Shown in pieces: positions 12,281-25,448 of a stretch of 64,000 bases of DNA (the first letter of the stretch is position 1; every line of letters begins with the position of its first letter). The notes below the pieces were generated by a model that saw nothing but the letters and a program-made list of their open reading frames with translations, had not been told where the DNA came from and ran no database searches. The DNA comes from Eledone cirrhosa. Its lineage: Eukaryota. The position numbers and the translations under genes were made by a program. The stretch lies in assembly GCA_964016885.1 (NCBI GenBank), contig OZ024741.1:121644001-121708000 (forward strand). Reading direction: 5' to 3'.

Positions 12281-14617
12281 GTACCGCCGGTAAGAGTGGT
12301 CCTGTCCTATCTTCGATTTTATTTGAAAGACTTTTGAAAAAAGAAAAATGATTCTACTATCGTATCAATGGCGAAGAACGAACGCTAGTCTCCGCAAAAG
12401 CTAGTGGAGAGAGAAAGACAACAGTTAACTTTTCCAAGCCGTCTGCATGCATAAACGTCACTATGGTTACAAATAGTAACAACATATTTTCTTTTCGCCA
12501 AGAATGCGAAACAAGTGACTCACAAAATGGACCACACAGCACAGAACACACAGCAAAAACCATAGATAATGAGACAATTTCTACAACCATAAACCAAAAA
12601 AAGGGCAACCACAATAACAACAACAATACCAAAAACACATCTTTCGCTGAAACAGTAACAAAAAACAAAATTTAAAAAATCTAGATATCTCCAATGCTAG
12701 CGAGATGCTGAGTGAAAGAAAATAATTTATGACTTTCGAAGAAAAGGGCGGGTTTAAAATAAACTCACCCCTCGAAATCCGCAAATGCTACAAGGAAGCC
12801 GGCATTCCTCAGTCAAGTGGAAATAGAAGCGGTATTGAAGGAGGCTTTGCCGGATATAGATTTCATGCAGATGGCCAGACAGTATGGAAGCATTTCGCTG
12901 CTTCTCAAAAGCGAGGCCCACGCACAAAAATATTCTATGACTCCGGTCACATCTGCCAACTACACCTTTTTCCCTACTTGAGAAAAAGAACTCAGAAAAT
13001 AAAAATCTCCAATATACTACCAAATATCAATATTTGGTGGATTTTGGCAGGATTTTTAGAAGAGGGAGAGGACACCTTCCTCTCCATCAAAAAATCAACC
13101 AGACACACGTGGTCTGGTACAAATATGGTAGTTTTGGTACAAATGAGGCCGGAGAGTATCTCCAAGATTCCGGAGAGGGTACTAGTGGACAACAACACGA
13201 CATCAATATTTCTACTGAATAAAGAGGCCGCACTGCTTTCGATGTTCCAGCACATCTCATTTACAGGCCTCCTGCCCTTTACAGACAAACTTAAAAAGAA
13301 AGACAAAAAGTACTCTTACCAACACCAACACCAAAACCACCACCACCACCACCACCACCACAATAACAATAACAACAACACACAAAACAAGCAAACACAT
13401 AAAAACAAACAACCACTCAACCACAAACAACAGAAAAAACACAGACAGCTCCCCTGAAGAACACAGTCCCACCCCATCCCACTCCACCCAACACTACCAC
13501 AAACACACATAAAAACACCATCACCACACAACATACCCCTCCAACACGCCCCTGATGACGATTCATCATCAGACGAAGCTACTTATCCATCCCCAAGCGA
13601 GGATGAAGGAGAGCCTCGGAAATCAAAAAAACAAAAAACAAAAAAGAAACACCGCAAAGCCACAAAAACACCAATCACCAACACAAACACACAAACACCA
13701 ACAGCACCCAAAACACAAACACGCACCATAAAAAGAAAAATCCAAGATGAGCAAGAAACAAAAACAACACAACAAAAACAAAACAACAGTACGCATACAT
13801 GAACAACAAAAACCTAATGGAGGTCATCTCCAAAGACCCCAAAGTGGAGACCAAGGGGAAAACTTTCGTGAAATCAGGATCAGCACCACACCTGAAATTG
13901 ATAAGAGTTCCCATGGAAACTTATAACAAACTGAAAAATGAATTTTCGCAGGACGTTGGAAACCCCTGCCTAAAACCCATAAACCGCGTCCTATTAAAAT
14001 GTTTCTCCACCCCACCCAACACACCCACCAGCACCCAAATGGAGATTGAATAACCCGACCTCCAGGAAACGAAAAGGTAAGTGCATATTTTCGTCCTTTT
14101 TCGCCAACTCTTCTCCACTAACATGGCTAACTTACGAGTTGGTAGTGGGAATGTACGTGGCCTAGGGATGCCCTGGAAACAGGGCCAACTTTTAAACGAC
14201 CTTTGGTCACACGGTATGGATGTGATAGCCATCAACGAGTCCAGGATCAACAACAAGCAGCAACTAACCCCCATCTGTAATGACTTTGAGATCTACGCAT
14301 CTCTCTGTCAGCCAGGAGGTGGAGGGGGAGTGGCTCTTATGTTTCGGAAAAACCTGGACCTCGAAATACAGCAAAAACACTTGGACCCGGAGGGTAGACT
14401 GGTAGTCCTAGACGTGAACAGTGTTGGAGGTGGAGCCTTCAGACTGGTGGCCGTTTATGCCCCGACTGGGACACCGCGGCCAGATTTCTTTAAGCGTCTA
14501 GAGTCTTTTCTGGGAACGTCTCATTCCTTGCTTTTAGTGGGGGACTGGAATGGTATCCTAGACGCACGTTGGGACCATTTAGGAACATGTCCCAGTAGAG
14601 GGGGGTGCAAAGCCTAA
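12281..14617 (+). mobile_element. Tx1-clade LINE, decayed ORF1 plus start of ORF2, 3'-truncated
   Basis: ORF2 from ATG 14123: MANLRVGSGNVRGL..DVIAINE..FRLVAVYAP..GDWNGILD, highly similar to the intact ORF2 at 47334; ORF1 relics at 12350-14080. Confidence 0.9.
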
Positions 14618-14794
14618 AAAAATTAATCGTCAAATCCAATATATAGATTTCATGCAGATGCATGTGAGTATGTGTGTAAGATATTCTATATAAGCAGAGC
14701 TACGCACTTTTAGCACAATATTCCCCTGGACTATCTCTGAGGAAATACGTTTAATACTATCGATCTGTGTGAAACAATGGATTATGTAATAATT

Positions 14795-15020
14795 ATTTTT
14801 ACTTTTGGCACAAGGACAGCAATTACCCCAGTGCATTACTGGTGCTTTATTTTATCGGCTCCATAAGGATGAAAGGCAAACTAACCTCGGCAAGCTTTGA
14901 ACTCAGAACGTAAAGGGCCATACCTCTATGTTCTTTACGTTCTGAATTCAAATCCCGCCGAGGTTGGCTTTGCCTTTCTTCCTTATGGGGTCAATAAAAT
15001 AAAACACCAGTAATGAACTG
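14795..15020. mobile_element. Head-to-head pair of partial SINE family 1 copies forming a hairpin
   Basis: 14830-14915 (-) and 14933-15015 (+) are reverse complements with a short spacer. Confidence 0.8.
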
Positions 15021-15427
15021 GCTGACTACACAACGTATGGAAACACATGTAAGACATCCCAGTATTCAATACATGACTCATTGTATATCAACATATGTCA
15101 CTTGTTTTCTATAAACCTTTAGTAGAAATATTATAATAGGAATATCAGCACGAATAATTATAATTATGTGTATTTGTTGTAACTGGAAAGGTGTAGTTTT
15201 GTTACATGTGAGATTAGTTAATGTTTGTGGAATTAGTCGTGAAGTCTTCGTTAACATTTTTACATGTTTTATTTACAACTAATTACAAAGAGTTAAGTTG
15301 AGTGGACATGCCAAAGTAAAGAACAAACATTGTTAAGAGTTGAGAAGTGAATGTGGAATTGTGCGAAGGCCTAAGGACGCCGAGAGGCCAAAGTGAAATT
15401 CTCACCGTTACATGACTGTGTGTTTTT

Positions 15428-16481
15428 AATAAAAGTAGTCTTTGTGATACACAACGGCGTCAAGATAGACCAGCAAGGGTTCAGCTACCTACTAATAGTG
15501 CAGATGCACCACCAGTAGTCCAGAGGCATACCAGTAGTCCAGTTAAACCACAACTGGTCCAGATGCATCATCAATTGTTCAAGGTGTATTAACAGCGGTC
15601 TAGATACGCTGTCAGAGGACCAGGTGAGTTACCAATATTCAAAGAGAACAACGTCGTTTAGGCGCACCACGTGTGGTCAGAAGCAGCTCGATGGTCCATG
15701 TGAACCACTAGTAGTTCAGATGCACTAGTATTCCAGATGAACTGCCAGTAGTCCAGGTGAAATACCAGTGGTCTAGGTGCTCTACTAGGTGTCCAGCTGC
15801 ACCAACAGGGGCCTCCAATGGCCCAAGTTACCCAAAAGTGGCTCAATGTCAACTAACAGTGCCTCAAGTTCCCTACAAGTGAATAAGGTCACCACCAATG
15901 GCTCAAGTACACAATCAGTGGCTCAAATTCACCACCTGTGACTCATATTCCCCATCATATCAGTAATCGATACTTATGTTTTAGTGGTCAACACTGCGTT
16001 TTACATGACTAAGGCAATCACAATGTTTTTGATATTAGACAGTCTAAAATCTAAATCAGTTAAAAATAAATCAGCATGTATCTCATGTTGTTGTTGTTGT
16101 TGTTGTTGTGGTACCTCTGTCTGAACATTACACATACAAGTGTACCCTCAACGTAATTCTCAGGGTAATCCTGTGTGCCACAAGGTATGGCAAGACTGAC
16201 TCTTTGAATTACTGATACAACTCATATTTTATTTTATTTTATATATATATATATATATATGTTAGAACATTGGGCTAGCAATCGAAAGGTTGTCAGTTCA
16301 ATTCTCGGACCGGGTGATGTGTTGTTTCCTTGAGCAAGACACTTTATTTCACGTTGCTCCAGTTTACTCAACTGTAAAAATGAGATGATAGGACTGGGGT
16401 CCCTATCATTAAATTACCCAAGACACCTCCAACGAGATATACCTTGGAGGAGGCCAGCTAAACCTGCATAGGTGTGAGCTG

Positions 16482-16576
<95 letters not shown>

Positions 16577-16830
16577 TATATATATTTACATATATTTCAA
16601 ATGAAAAGCATTTGAAAGCCAAGATTACATTAAGTACTTTTATTGCTACATAATACGTGTCTCTGTGGTCAGTTAATCTACGTCATTAGAACATGGTGCA
16701 CATCAGTCAGTGACGTCAACTGATGGTATGTGTACCACTAGTAGTACATACGTACTTGTTGTACATCTGAACTACTAGTGGTACACATGGGCCACTGGCA
16801 GTGCACCTGACCACTCATGGTACACCTGAA
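15428..16830. repeat. Inverted segmental duplication of 7225-9084
   Basis: 15428-16231 is the near-identical reverse complement of 8281-9084; 16261-16484 matches 7873-8097 and 16590-16830 matches 7225-7800 with more mismatches. Confidence 0.92.
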
Positions 16831-17035
16831 TCATTTATTGAATACTGGAATGTCTTACATGTGTTTCTATGCGTTGGGTAATCGGCCTGTGAAATCGACA
16901 TTATTAGATAATCCATTGTTCCACACATATGGATAGTATTAAACGTATTTCCTCAGAGATAGTCCAGGGGAACATTATGCTAAAAGTGCGTAGCCCTGCT
17001 TATATAGAATATCTTACACATATACTCACATACAT
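16826..17035. repeat. Inverted copy of 14660-14790 and 15025-15080
   Basis: TATTAAACGTATTTCCTCAGAGATAGTCCAGGGGAA is the reverse complement of the 14720-14757 segment. Confidence 0.8.
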
Positions 17036-17539
17036 GTTTACCCACACATGCATATAAAAGAGCATAGATGCGCCTTCGTCTATAAACATACTCACGCGTA
17101 TGTTTATGTACACATTCGATTGTATTTGTAACCAGGCATATAAACACACATTTGCCACATGAGTCAACCAGTGGACATTTATGTTGAGGTGGTCAGTGTA
17201 CCTAAGATGAAAATCACTTGAAGACCCAGATGACAATAACAACTTTTATTGTTGCATAATACGTATTTCTGGGTCAGTTAATCTATGTCATAAGACCATG
17301 GCGCAAAAAATCGGCAACGTCATCTGATCGTAAGAACATAATAGATTTAGTTAAGTAATACTTGCTGAGGCCCAGCAAAGATGAGAACAAAAACAAAAAA
17401 ATAATGTTACTAGCGGTGTTATCACTCGCATGACTTGTATTACATTACATAATTAAAATATAATTTATACAATGAGTTTTACATTAGGATATAAGTTAAG
17501 TGAGATTTGGTTGCTGCTTATAACAGGCCTAATTAATAA

Positions 17540-17725
17540 TTGTTTCTACTTTTGGCACAAGGCCAGCAATTGTGCATTACTGGTACTTTATTTTATCGAC
17601 TCCGTAAGGATGAAAGGCAAAGTTAACCTCGGCGGGATTTGAACTCAGAATGGCAAGGGCCGTAACTCTATGCGTCAAAGCATGATGTCCGACCCTCTAC
17701 CGATACTGCCAATCCACCGCCCTTA
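17540..17725 (-). mobile_element. Full-length SINE family 1
   Basis: Complete head-core-tail. Further copies at 25582-25772, 26257-26438, 42725-42915, 50083-50270 and 53938-54120 (-), and 36288-36445 and 42008-42195 (+). Confidence 0.9.
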
Positions 17726-17866
17726 GGCCTAGTTTATAATCCTCTCAGTTTGATTGTAATTGGAGGGGAGTTATTGATGAAGAAGTGAACGTTAGTTATC
17801 GTTAAGAATCACAAACTGAGGTGTGTGTGTGTGTGTGTGTATCTATATATATAAATATATATATAT

Positions 17867-18076
17867 TGGTGGAACACTGGAAGGTAATATCCGTAGTGGT
17901 AGAGCACTCAGTCCAAGTGACGAGTTAGGTAGAAGTGGTTACACAACAGTTAGTTCACCATACCGAGAACAATTGTTTCACCTTAGCGGATCTTCAACCA
18001 TACACATCCCGAGCTGACGATCCGCTAAGGTGAAACAATTGTTCTCGGTATGGTGAACTAACTGTTGTGTAACCAC

Positions 18077-18081
<5 letters not shown>
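17867..18081. mobile_element. Fold-back element in (TA)n, family F1 (short copy)
   Basis: Perfect 63-bp arms at 17930-17992 and 18019-18081, with an unpaired tail at 17867-17929; same sequence as 56542-57160. Confidence 0.85.
18009..18048 (+). ncRNA. Type I hammerhead ribozyme (minimal, palindromic stem III)
   Basis: CCGAG-CTGACGA-TCC GCTAA GGT-GAAA-CAATTG-TT-CTCGG. Confidence 0.75.
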
Positions 18082-18119
<38 letters not shown>

Positions 18120-18162
18120 ATATTAGCAAATGGAAACTATATTTATAAAACCATATTTATTT

Positions 18163-18218
18163 CATTATACATATTTCAAGGGCCACCAAGGCAAACTATG
18201 GTGCGCTTTCATCAGATA
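18163..18218 (-). ncRNA. Type I hammerhead ribozyme, family H2
   Basis: TAT-CTGATGA-AAG.CACCA..TGGTG.CTT-GAAA-TATGTA-TA-ATG; homolog at 41295-41349. Confidence 0.7.
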
Positions 18219-18336
18219 TAATATAATATAGGTTAGTTTTATAAATAAATATTGACATACCCTGTTATAAAAATATTGACATACCCAGTTATAAAAATAT
18301 TTTGCTTGTTGTATCCCAACAAATTAAATATAACCG

Positions 18337-18380
<44 letters not shown>

Positions 18381-18384
<4 letters not shown>

Positions 18385-18714
18385 GGAATAGAATGAAACG
18401 AAATTTCATTTCTCACTTTTACACGGCACTTACTTAAATGTAAGTATGTATGTATACGTACATACATATATGTATACAGACGTACAGTAGTATGTATATA
18501 TACACATACATACACATATATATATATGCACGTATTGTTTGTACGGCGTAATTCGGGCTGTTTGTTTGTTTACAAACAAACCGAACATTATAATAAATGT
18601 TCGGTAAACTGATACGTACATATATATATGTGTGCATGTATGTATATATATACATACTACTGTACGTCTGTATACATATATGTATGTACGTATACATACA
18701 TACATACTTACATT

Positions 18715-18716
<2 letters not shown>
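18381..18716. mobile_element. Fold-back element in (TA)n
   Basis: Arms at 18435-18535 and 18612-18716, hairpin-rich spacer, tail at 18381-18434. Confidence 0.65.
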
Positions 18717-18746
<30 letters not shown>

Positions 18747-18837
18747 CAAATACACCCACATCTCTCTCTCTCTCTCTCTCTCTCTATCCCCTCTCTTTCT
18801 TTCTTTCTTTCTTTCTTTCTCCCCCCCTCTCTCTTTC

Positions 18838-18884
<47 letters not shown>

Positions 18885-19252
18885 CTCTCCCTCTCTCTCT
18901 ATATATATATACAAATGCACATATATATCTAAACACACGCACGCACCTCCCCATATCATCATCATCATCATCACCGTTTTACGTCCGTTCTTCTATGCTA
19001 GCATGGGTTAGACGGGTTGTCCTGGTGTGGGCAGTGTCTGATCGGCTGACCATGCCTTGCTCATACAGGAACTGATTTTGGCTTGATTTCTACAGCTGGA
19101 TGCCCTTCCTAACACCAACCTCGTTTACACGTCCACTTTACAGTGTGGGCTGGGTGCTTTTTTGCCGTGGCACCTCCACGACCACTTTGCAGTGTCTATA
19201 TGCTTCAGCTTGTACCCATGGGAGGTCGGGTACTCTGTATTATATATATATA

Positions 19253-19328
<76 letters not shown>

Positions 19329-19589
19329 TATATATCTCACGTGCGTGCTTGTGTGTGTGTGTGTACAGGGTGGTGAAAACGAGAAATGTTCTTTGATGTT
19401 TTTTCCAAGAAGGAATATTGTTAAGACCGAAAACCAAAGAGATATGAAACTACCATAAGTGGTACTCGAAACAGGATCATTAAATGTATTCCAGCTCACC
19501 CTTACATACACACTCAACTAACATAAACATTAGTTTTGTGTTGACTACGTACGAGAGCTTCATAGTTACAGGAAGAAATATGTAGATGT

Positions 19590-19910
19590 AGTCATGGCTG
19601 AATGTTTAAGACGTTTCCATCGCAATTATTAAGTCCTAGAGTTGAGCCAATTGCGTGGTATCTTGAGTAAGTGTCATTAATCAAAGTTTCGGAGAGATTC
19701 ATGTCTTGTGAGTGAAATTGTATGGGTGGAAACTGTCTGGAAGCCCGCCAGAGGGATTGTCTCATTAATTCAAAAAGCCAGCCTTGTCACGCAACGTGTT
19801 TTGTTGAATCTCTCTAAGAATTACATTAAATATACACACGTCGGTCGAATGTTCTGCCACATGCAAGTTATTTTCATGAGCAGTCTGTTCTGTTGATCAA
19901 ACAACTGGAA
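19590..19910 (+). mobile_element. SINE family 2 (tRNA-like head, TTGAGCAAG core), diverged
   Basis: Shares motifs with 23110-23390 (-), 28690-28880 (+) and 61020-61350 (+). Confidence 0.6.
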
Positions 19911-20157
19911 TGCAGTAAACCGGGGTTACTTTGAATGATTTTTGTCAATTTTGCATCTTTTATGCCGCATAGCTCAATTTTTTGTTGTCAGATGTTGCTA
20001 ATATAGAGATAAAAGAAGCCCTATTATATGCAACTTTTGTCAAAAAATTGCCAAAATATCTTAATTCATTATATAGTTATTGACAGTTATGTTTAGTCTT
20101 CAAAGTATCCCTGCGTCGGGAATACTTTGAATACTAAACATAACTATACATTACAGC

Positions 20158-20345
20158 AGGCATGTCAAACTGAGGGTTCCTCGAGGGCCACATGGGTCAC
20201 ATATGTGTTGTCTGAGGGCCGCACACGACAACTAATTGCGCACATTTCAACTAATTTTACGAAAATAAAACATGTTCGCGCTGTAAAAAACCGTTGTGCG
20301 GGCCGTAGGTGTGCTTGTAAAGGGTCGCACGTTTGGCTTTCCCAA
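20158..20345. mobile_element. hAT/Charlie-like MITE relic
   Basis: Begins CAGGCATGTCAAACT and carries repeated GGGCCGCA-type subterminal motifs. Confidence 0.5.
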
Positions 20346-20654
20346 CATTACAGAGTAAAAGGTATATGTATAAGACATTTTATTGATATTTTAATTGAAG
20401 TAATTATCATTTTCACAGAAATTATGAAAAAAAGAATATTTAATTATACATACGACTAATGTAATCTATGATAACACTTCAAAACATGTTTCAAGAAGTG
20501 TGAAATATGAATTGAAAATATTCATTTTATTCACAAAAGTCACAGAAATAGTAGTTTTGACCAAGTTTATAGCGAGTGCAAGCTTGATGGCACCAGTTTC
20601 TACATTTATGGCCACTACCCCTGTGTCCCAGCAAATAAGTGAATTTTTTGGTTG

Positions 20655-20865
20655 TTAATAGCAGCCAAATTCAGGGCGAAGGGTAAAAGTGGCCATCGAA
20701 ATGAACTTTACACGCGCTAGAAATAGCAAAATTCAGGGTGAAAGATTAAAAAAAAGTAGATATAGAAGTGGTCTGTAAGCATGTCAGAAATAGCAGCTAT
20801 ATTCAGGGCGAAAGCTCAAAAGTGGACATCGAAGTGGTCTAGAAATAGCAGCCAAATTCAGGATG
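20655..20865 (+). repeat. About 60-bp tandem repeat (about 4 units) with AGAAATAGCAGCCAAATTCAGGG core
   Basis: Core recurs near 20656, 20719, 20786 and 20840; also the head motif of the dispersed repeat at 21452. Confidence 0.7.
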
Positions 20866-22799
20866 ATAGGGATAGTAGATGTTTGGCCATTTGTAACCCA
20901 GCAAATATATAACACTTATGCAATAAATAATAAATAATCATAATAATTGTTTCTTCGTTTGGCACAAGGCCAGCAATTATCCAGTGCATTACTGGTACTT
21001 TATTTTATCGCAGTATACAAGAAACAAATACTAAAAACGCGTGACATTTCTAAACATCCAAAGATTTGGGCGTGATGGGTAAAATGTCTGAATTACACAG
21101 ATTTTGTATATACATCCAATTGAAATGTAATTTACAGAATCAATTAAAAATATTACATATATTTTTATGGAGTTTAAAGTCATTTAAAGGAAATGCTTTA
21201 AAAGAAAGTTTAAATGATAATGAAAGTTTCGATTTATCAAGACATCTTTTTAAACTAATAATATTTAAGAAACTATGATGGCATAAAGAGTTTTTTTTTT
21301 TCAAAGTGGCCTCGAATGTTCAAAGTAACCCCAGTTGTCGAAACCGATAGAGGTCCATTCTATTTACAAATAGAAATATGGAGAAAGTGCGATTGATGCT
21401 CATACTTTACCAGCGAATTAATGAAGGAGGATCTACGTAGTCACTCCACCTGCTAGAAATAGCAGCCAAATATCTTTCAAATCACATTCTACCATTTTCG
21501 TAAAGGAAAAGACATATTGAACAATGAAATCATAGACATTAACCCCTAAAATGACGGGAAGCGTGTTACAGGGCTACCTTTGACTATAGATAAAGGGAGT
21601 TATGGGGAAGACAGATCCTCAAAGAACTCTGCTATGGAAGAGAGTAATTAATTCAAGACTTAATCTATTGTTGTGAAGTATGGCTCGATTTAGAATTAAA
21701 ATATCCTTCATATTATATTTTATCGTATTTCTAAAGGAAATGATTATCAACTGATAATAGCTCGATCAAGTTTTGACCTGGAGCTAATCGATAACAAAAA
21801 AAAAAAAAAAAAAATCCATACCAGCTGTCAACCTTCGTTCGTTGGGAAGTAGCCAATCGAATTTAGGGCTTTAAAATATATATTCACTTATGTGTCACTA
21901 AGGGATCACACTCTAATTTGTATTCGCTCTTCTAGAAATTGCAATCAAATTTCTTTTAAATCGCATCCCACTCTCCGAAAATAAATATCAGTATAGACAT
22001 GACTGGAACCCAATATAGGTTTACTCTATCAAGGATGAGCCGATGCCAAACAAGAATAACAACGACTAAAAAATAAATTCTAACGAAGAATACTGTTTGA
22101 GCCACTCATCCCGTTAGAACGAGTATCGACTTTACCTCTCAAATCACACTCGTCTTCTAAAAAAAGAGAGGTAAAAGAAAAGCCCAGAACACATTGGATG
22201 GTAAAGTTTTTAATGTATTATATCTAAAACTAAGACTAGATGGTCATGGTTGGGATGTCATCAATATGGGACAAAACAACAGTAACAACAACTAGAAGAA
22301 AATCAACTTCAATGATTGTCTCTAACATAGTGGAAGGCTAGAAATTACCTAGAAGAAAGATAAATCAATTAAATCGACCTCAGTATATGACTGGTATTAT
22401 TTTGGATAAAGAAAATTTTAAAGATAAAGTCAATCCTGTTGTTGGTTCGAATTCAGAAGGTAAAGTGCCATAGTTAAAAACTGCAAGGCACATTGTTCGA
22501 CTCTCTAACGATTCTGTTAATCCATCACTTTTTTTTTTCACCTTAAAATAATTTAGGCACAAAACCAACAATTGGGGGTGGGGTAGGAGTGAGTCAATTA
22601 CATTACCCCAGCACTTGACTGGTCTTTTATTTCATCGACCTCGGAAAAATGAGAAGCAAAATTGGCCTCAGCTGAGAACCAAAACGTTCATCCGTCACCC
22701 ATTCTAGAAGCTTGAGCTGGTCCTTGGATGCCGTTAGTGGAGTTAACTTTGTTGCTAAGTATTTGGTCCAGGTATCTGGTTTGAGAAAGTGTTAAACCA

Positions 22800-23390
22800 C
22801 CGTAGGTTTCGATGAAGAGTGTTCCAGCTGTTTCTCGTCAGACCCGTGTTTATCCCGGTTTTCGTGGCGTGAAACGACTGAGAGTACAAGAATTCCCCCT
22901 GGGCAGGATGCCAGTTCATCGCAGGGTTAAACCTGTTGCTGGTACTCATTTTCAGTTGAGTGTACTGGAACAACGGGAAATAAAGTGTTTTTGCACATAA
23001 CACAATACACAACTCAGTCAAGGAACAGAAGCCATACATTATGATCGTAAGTCCAATACCCTTACCACTAGGCCACGCACCTCCACTTTCCCGTTATTTG
23101 ATCAACTGAAAAAGCTGTTGGTGAAATTAACATGCAAGTGGCTGAGTATTCCACAGAGACGTGTATGCTTAATGTAGTTCTCAGGGATTCACGTTAAGTG
23201 TGATACAGTTAGTGACAAAACTGGCTGGATCCTTTGAAATACAGATACAGCTCATTTGTGCCGACGAAGGGGATCGGACCAACGTCAAATAAAATGTTTT
23301 GCTCAAGGACACAACACGCTACCCGGAGTTGAACTCAGGTCTTACAACCGTCAGCTGAACACTCCTAATCACTAAGCCATGCACCTTGAC
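22800..23390 (-). mobile_element. Two adjacent tRNA-derived SINEs (families 3 and 2)
   Basis: Minus-strand heads GTGGAGGTGCGTGGCCTAGTGGTAAGG and GGTGCATGGCTTAGTGATTAGG; GTGTCCTTGAGCAA-type core; relatives at 7960-8097, 16261-16390 and 62090-62305. Confidence 0.7.
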
Positions 23391-23783
23391 AATTTGTGGA
23401 TATTTTCTCATCTCCGACCAGTCACAGAAGTCCTTCCACCCCTGAACAAAAGTTAAAAATAAACAACAAAAATAGAAATAATAAAAAAAGTACAAACTAA
23501 ATGAAAAATAGGGGTACTTACTGTAACAAGCGCGAAATTTAATTTTCCAAGACCCAAAATTGTAAGGAATACAACGATAATTGGTTTGGGGAAAGATGTT
23601 CTAAGATCCATACTTAAAACAATTAATAATAATTTGTTTAAAACTCTGTGTAATATTTTTATATGTTATAGTATCGATGTTTTTTCTTCAAATAATATAT
23701 TTTTCATTTATTGATTGGTTATAAACTCCGGATATAACTTTAAATTATTCTTTGTAAATCACATGCATGTATGCTTGTTTGGA

Positions 23784-23866
<83 letters not shown>

Positions 23867-24321
23867 TGTGCGTATTACGTATTTATATATGTATGTTTGT
23901 ATGCATGTATGTATGTGTGTGTATCTGTGTGTATGTATGGGTGTGGGTGCGGGTGTGTAAGTGTACGCACGAGTGTATGTGTGTATATAATATATTGTGC
24001 GTGTATGGTGTATAGAGAAAACTCTGTTATTCTGAAAGGTTAATATTTTTCTTTTTTTTTTTTCTTCTTTGCGTCGGATTAAAAGCAAGTTATCCTTAAA
24101 AAATGGTAGAAAATTAAATTCCTGGTATTGAGAAATATGTTATTGATGTTGTTGTCGTCGTCGTGGACGTCGGTATTGTTGTCGTCACTGTTGTAGTTGA
24201 CTTCGTCATTGTAGTAGTCGTCATCGTTGTTGTTGTTGTTGTTATCGCTATTGTAGTTGTCGTCGTTGATAAAGTTATTTTTAAAACGTATATTTTAATC
24301 TCTACTAACATACAACGAGCT

Positions 24322-24355
<34 letters not shown>

Positions 24356-24575
24356 TGTATGTATGTATGTATGTATGTATGCATGTATATATATATATAA
24401 GGTGTCGTAGTTCTCTGTGCGTGTGTGTGCCTATATATTTGTGTCTGTTTTAGCAGCGTAAAATAACTTTTATTGGTTGTGGGGGCGTGGTCTCACAGTT
24501 TGTTTTCCTTGGTATAATAGTCCATACACGACACACGCGCGCGCGCGCACACACACACACACACACATATATGTG

Positions 24576-24615
<40 letters not shown>

Positions 24616-24806
24616 GATACTGAAACGAAGTCATCGGATAGGACCGAAAACTCATCGATCGTTTTCTCACTCACTGAATGCTTTAATTAAGCCAGTATCG
24701 TTAAGATACCAACGCAAAGGAAATCAGAGGGAACACTAATACGTTAAATAGCAAGAAAAACGATTTCGTGTGGGTATATATATACACACATACATATATA
24801 TATATA

Positions 24807-24856
<50 letters not shown>

Positions 24857-24944
24857 GTCCCACCCTTGCAAGCATGGAAAAGCGGACGTAAAATGATGAT
24901 GATGATGATGATTATGATATATATATATATATATATATATATAT

Positions 24945-25135
24945 GGGAAACGTTAGACTCCTACGGCAGAGCTCAAGCCGTTTTGACGGCTATTTCCAGT
25001 CCAGAAATAGCTGACAAAACGGCTTGAGCTCTGCCGTCGGGGTCTAACATTTTCCTATTACCCACTCTACTACCCTAAGTATTGAGTACTCTGGTGCGTT
25101 ACGGTCCATCTGGTTCCTTACCACACCTCCTTCGT
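24945..25135. mobile_element. Fold-back element in (TA)n, family F2 (no cargo)
   Basis: Arms at 24946-24996 and 25004-25055, 7-nt spacer, 80-bp tail; same arms and tail as 31571-32099. Confidence 0.85.
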
Positions 25136-25393
25136 TATATATATAGATAGATAATGTTTAATATAGAAATGGCTTCTACAGGACTCGAACTGGTTCCTTT
25201 GAAGGAAATCATCAGGGCTTTGTATTATTGGATACCTTACTGTGGTTAGCCCCTATTGAACCCGGGATACCCCCCCCCCCACACACATATACATACATAT
25301 ATATATAAATATATATATAAAATAAAATAAAATAAAATAAAATAAAATAATTAAGTCAAATATTTAAAATTTGGCTTCGTTTATTAAAGATGT

Positions 25394-25448
25394 ACCGCTA
25401 TATATATTTCGGTGACAGCTATCTTTGGCTGTGACCTCTTCAGGCAGT
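25394..25448 (-). ncRNA. Type I hammerhead ribozyme, family H3
   Basis: ACTGC-CTGAAGA-GGTCACAGC..GCTGTCACC-GAAA-TATATA-TA-GCGGT; homolog at 32330-32384. Confidence 0.8.

Larger units (their letters stand above)
19913..21340. mobile_element. Putative non-autonomous TIR DNA transposon
   Basis: GGGGTTACTTTGAA at 19922-19935 and its reverse complement TTCAAAGTAACCCC at 21319-21332. Confidence 0.45.

Noticed and set aside
17540-17725. tRNA genes
   Set aside because: The A/B boxes belong to SINE heads and no cloverleaf can be formed.
25195-25225. CTGATGA plus hairpin on the minus strand as a hammerhead (similar partials near 24620, 30243, 41460 and 54470)
   Set aside because: The GAAA/stem III or stem I could not be completed; not counted.
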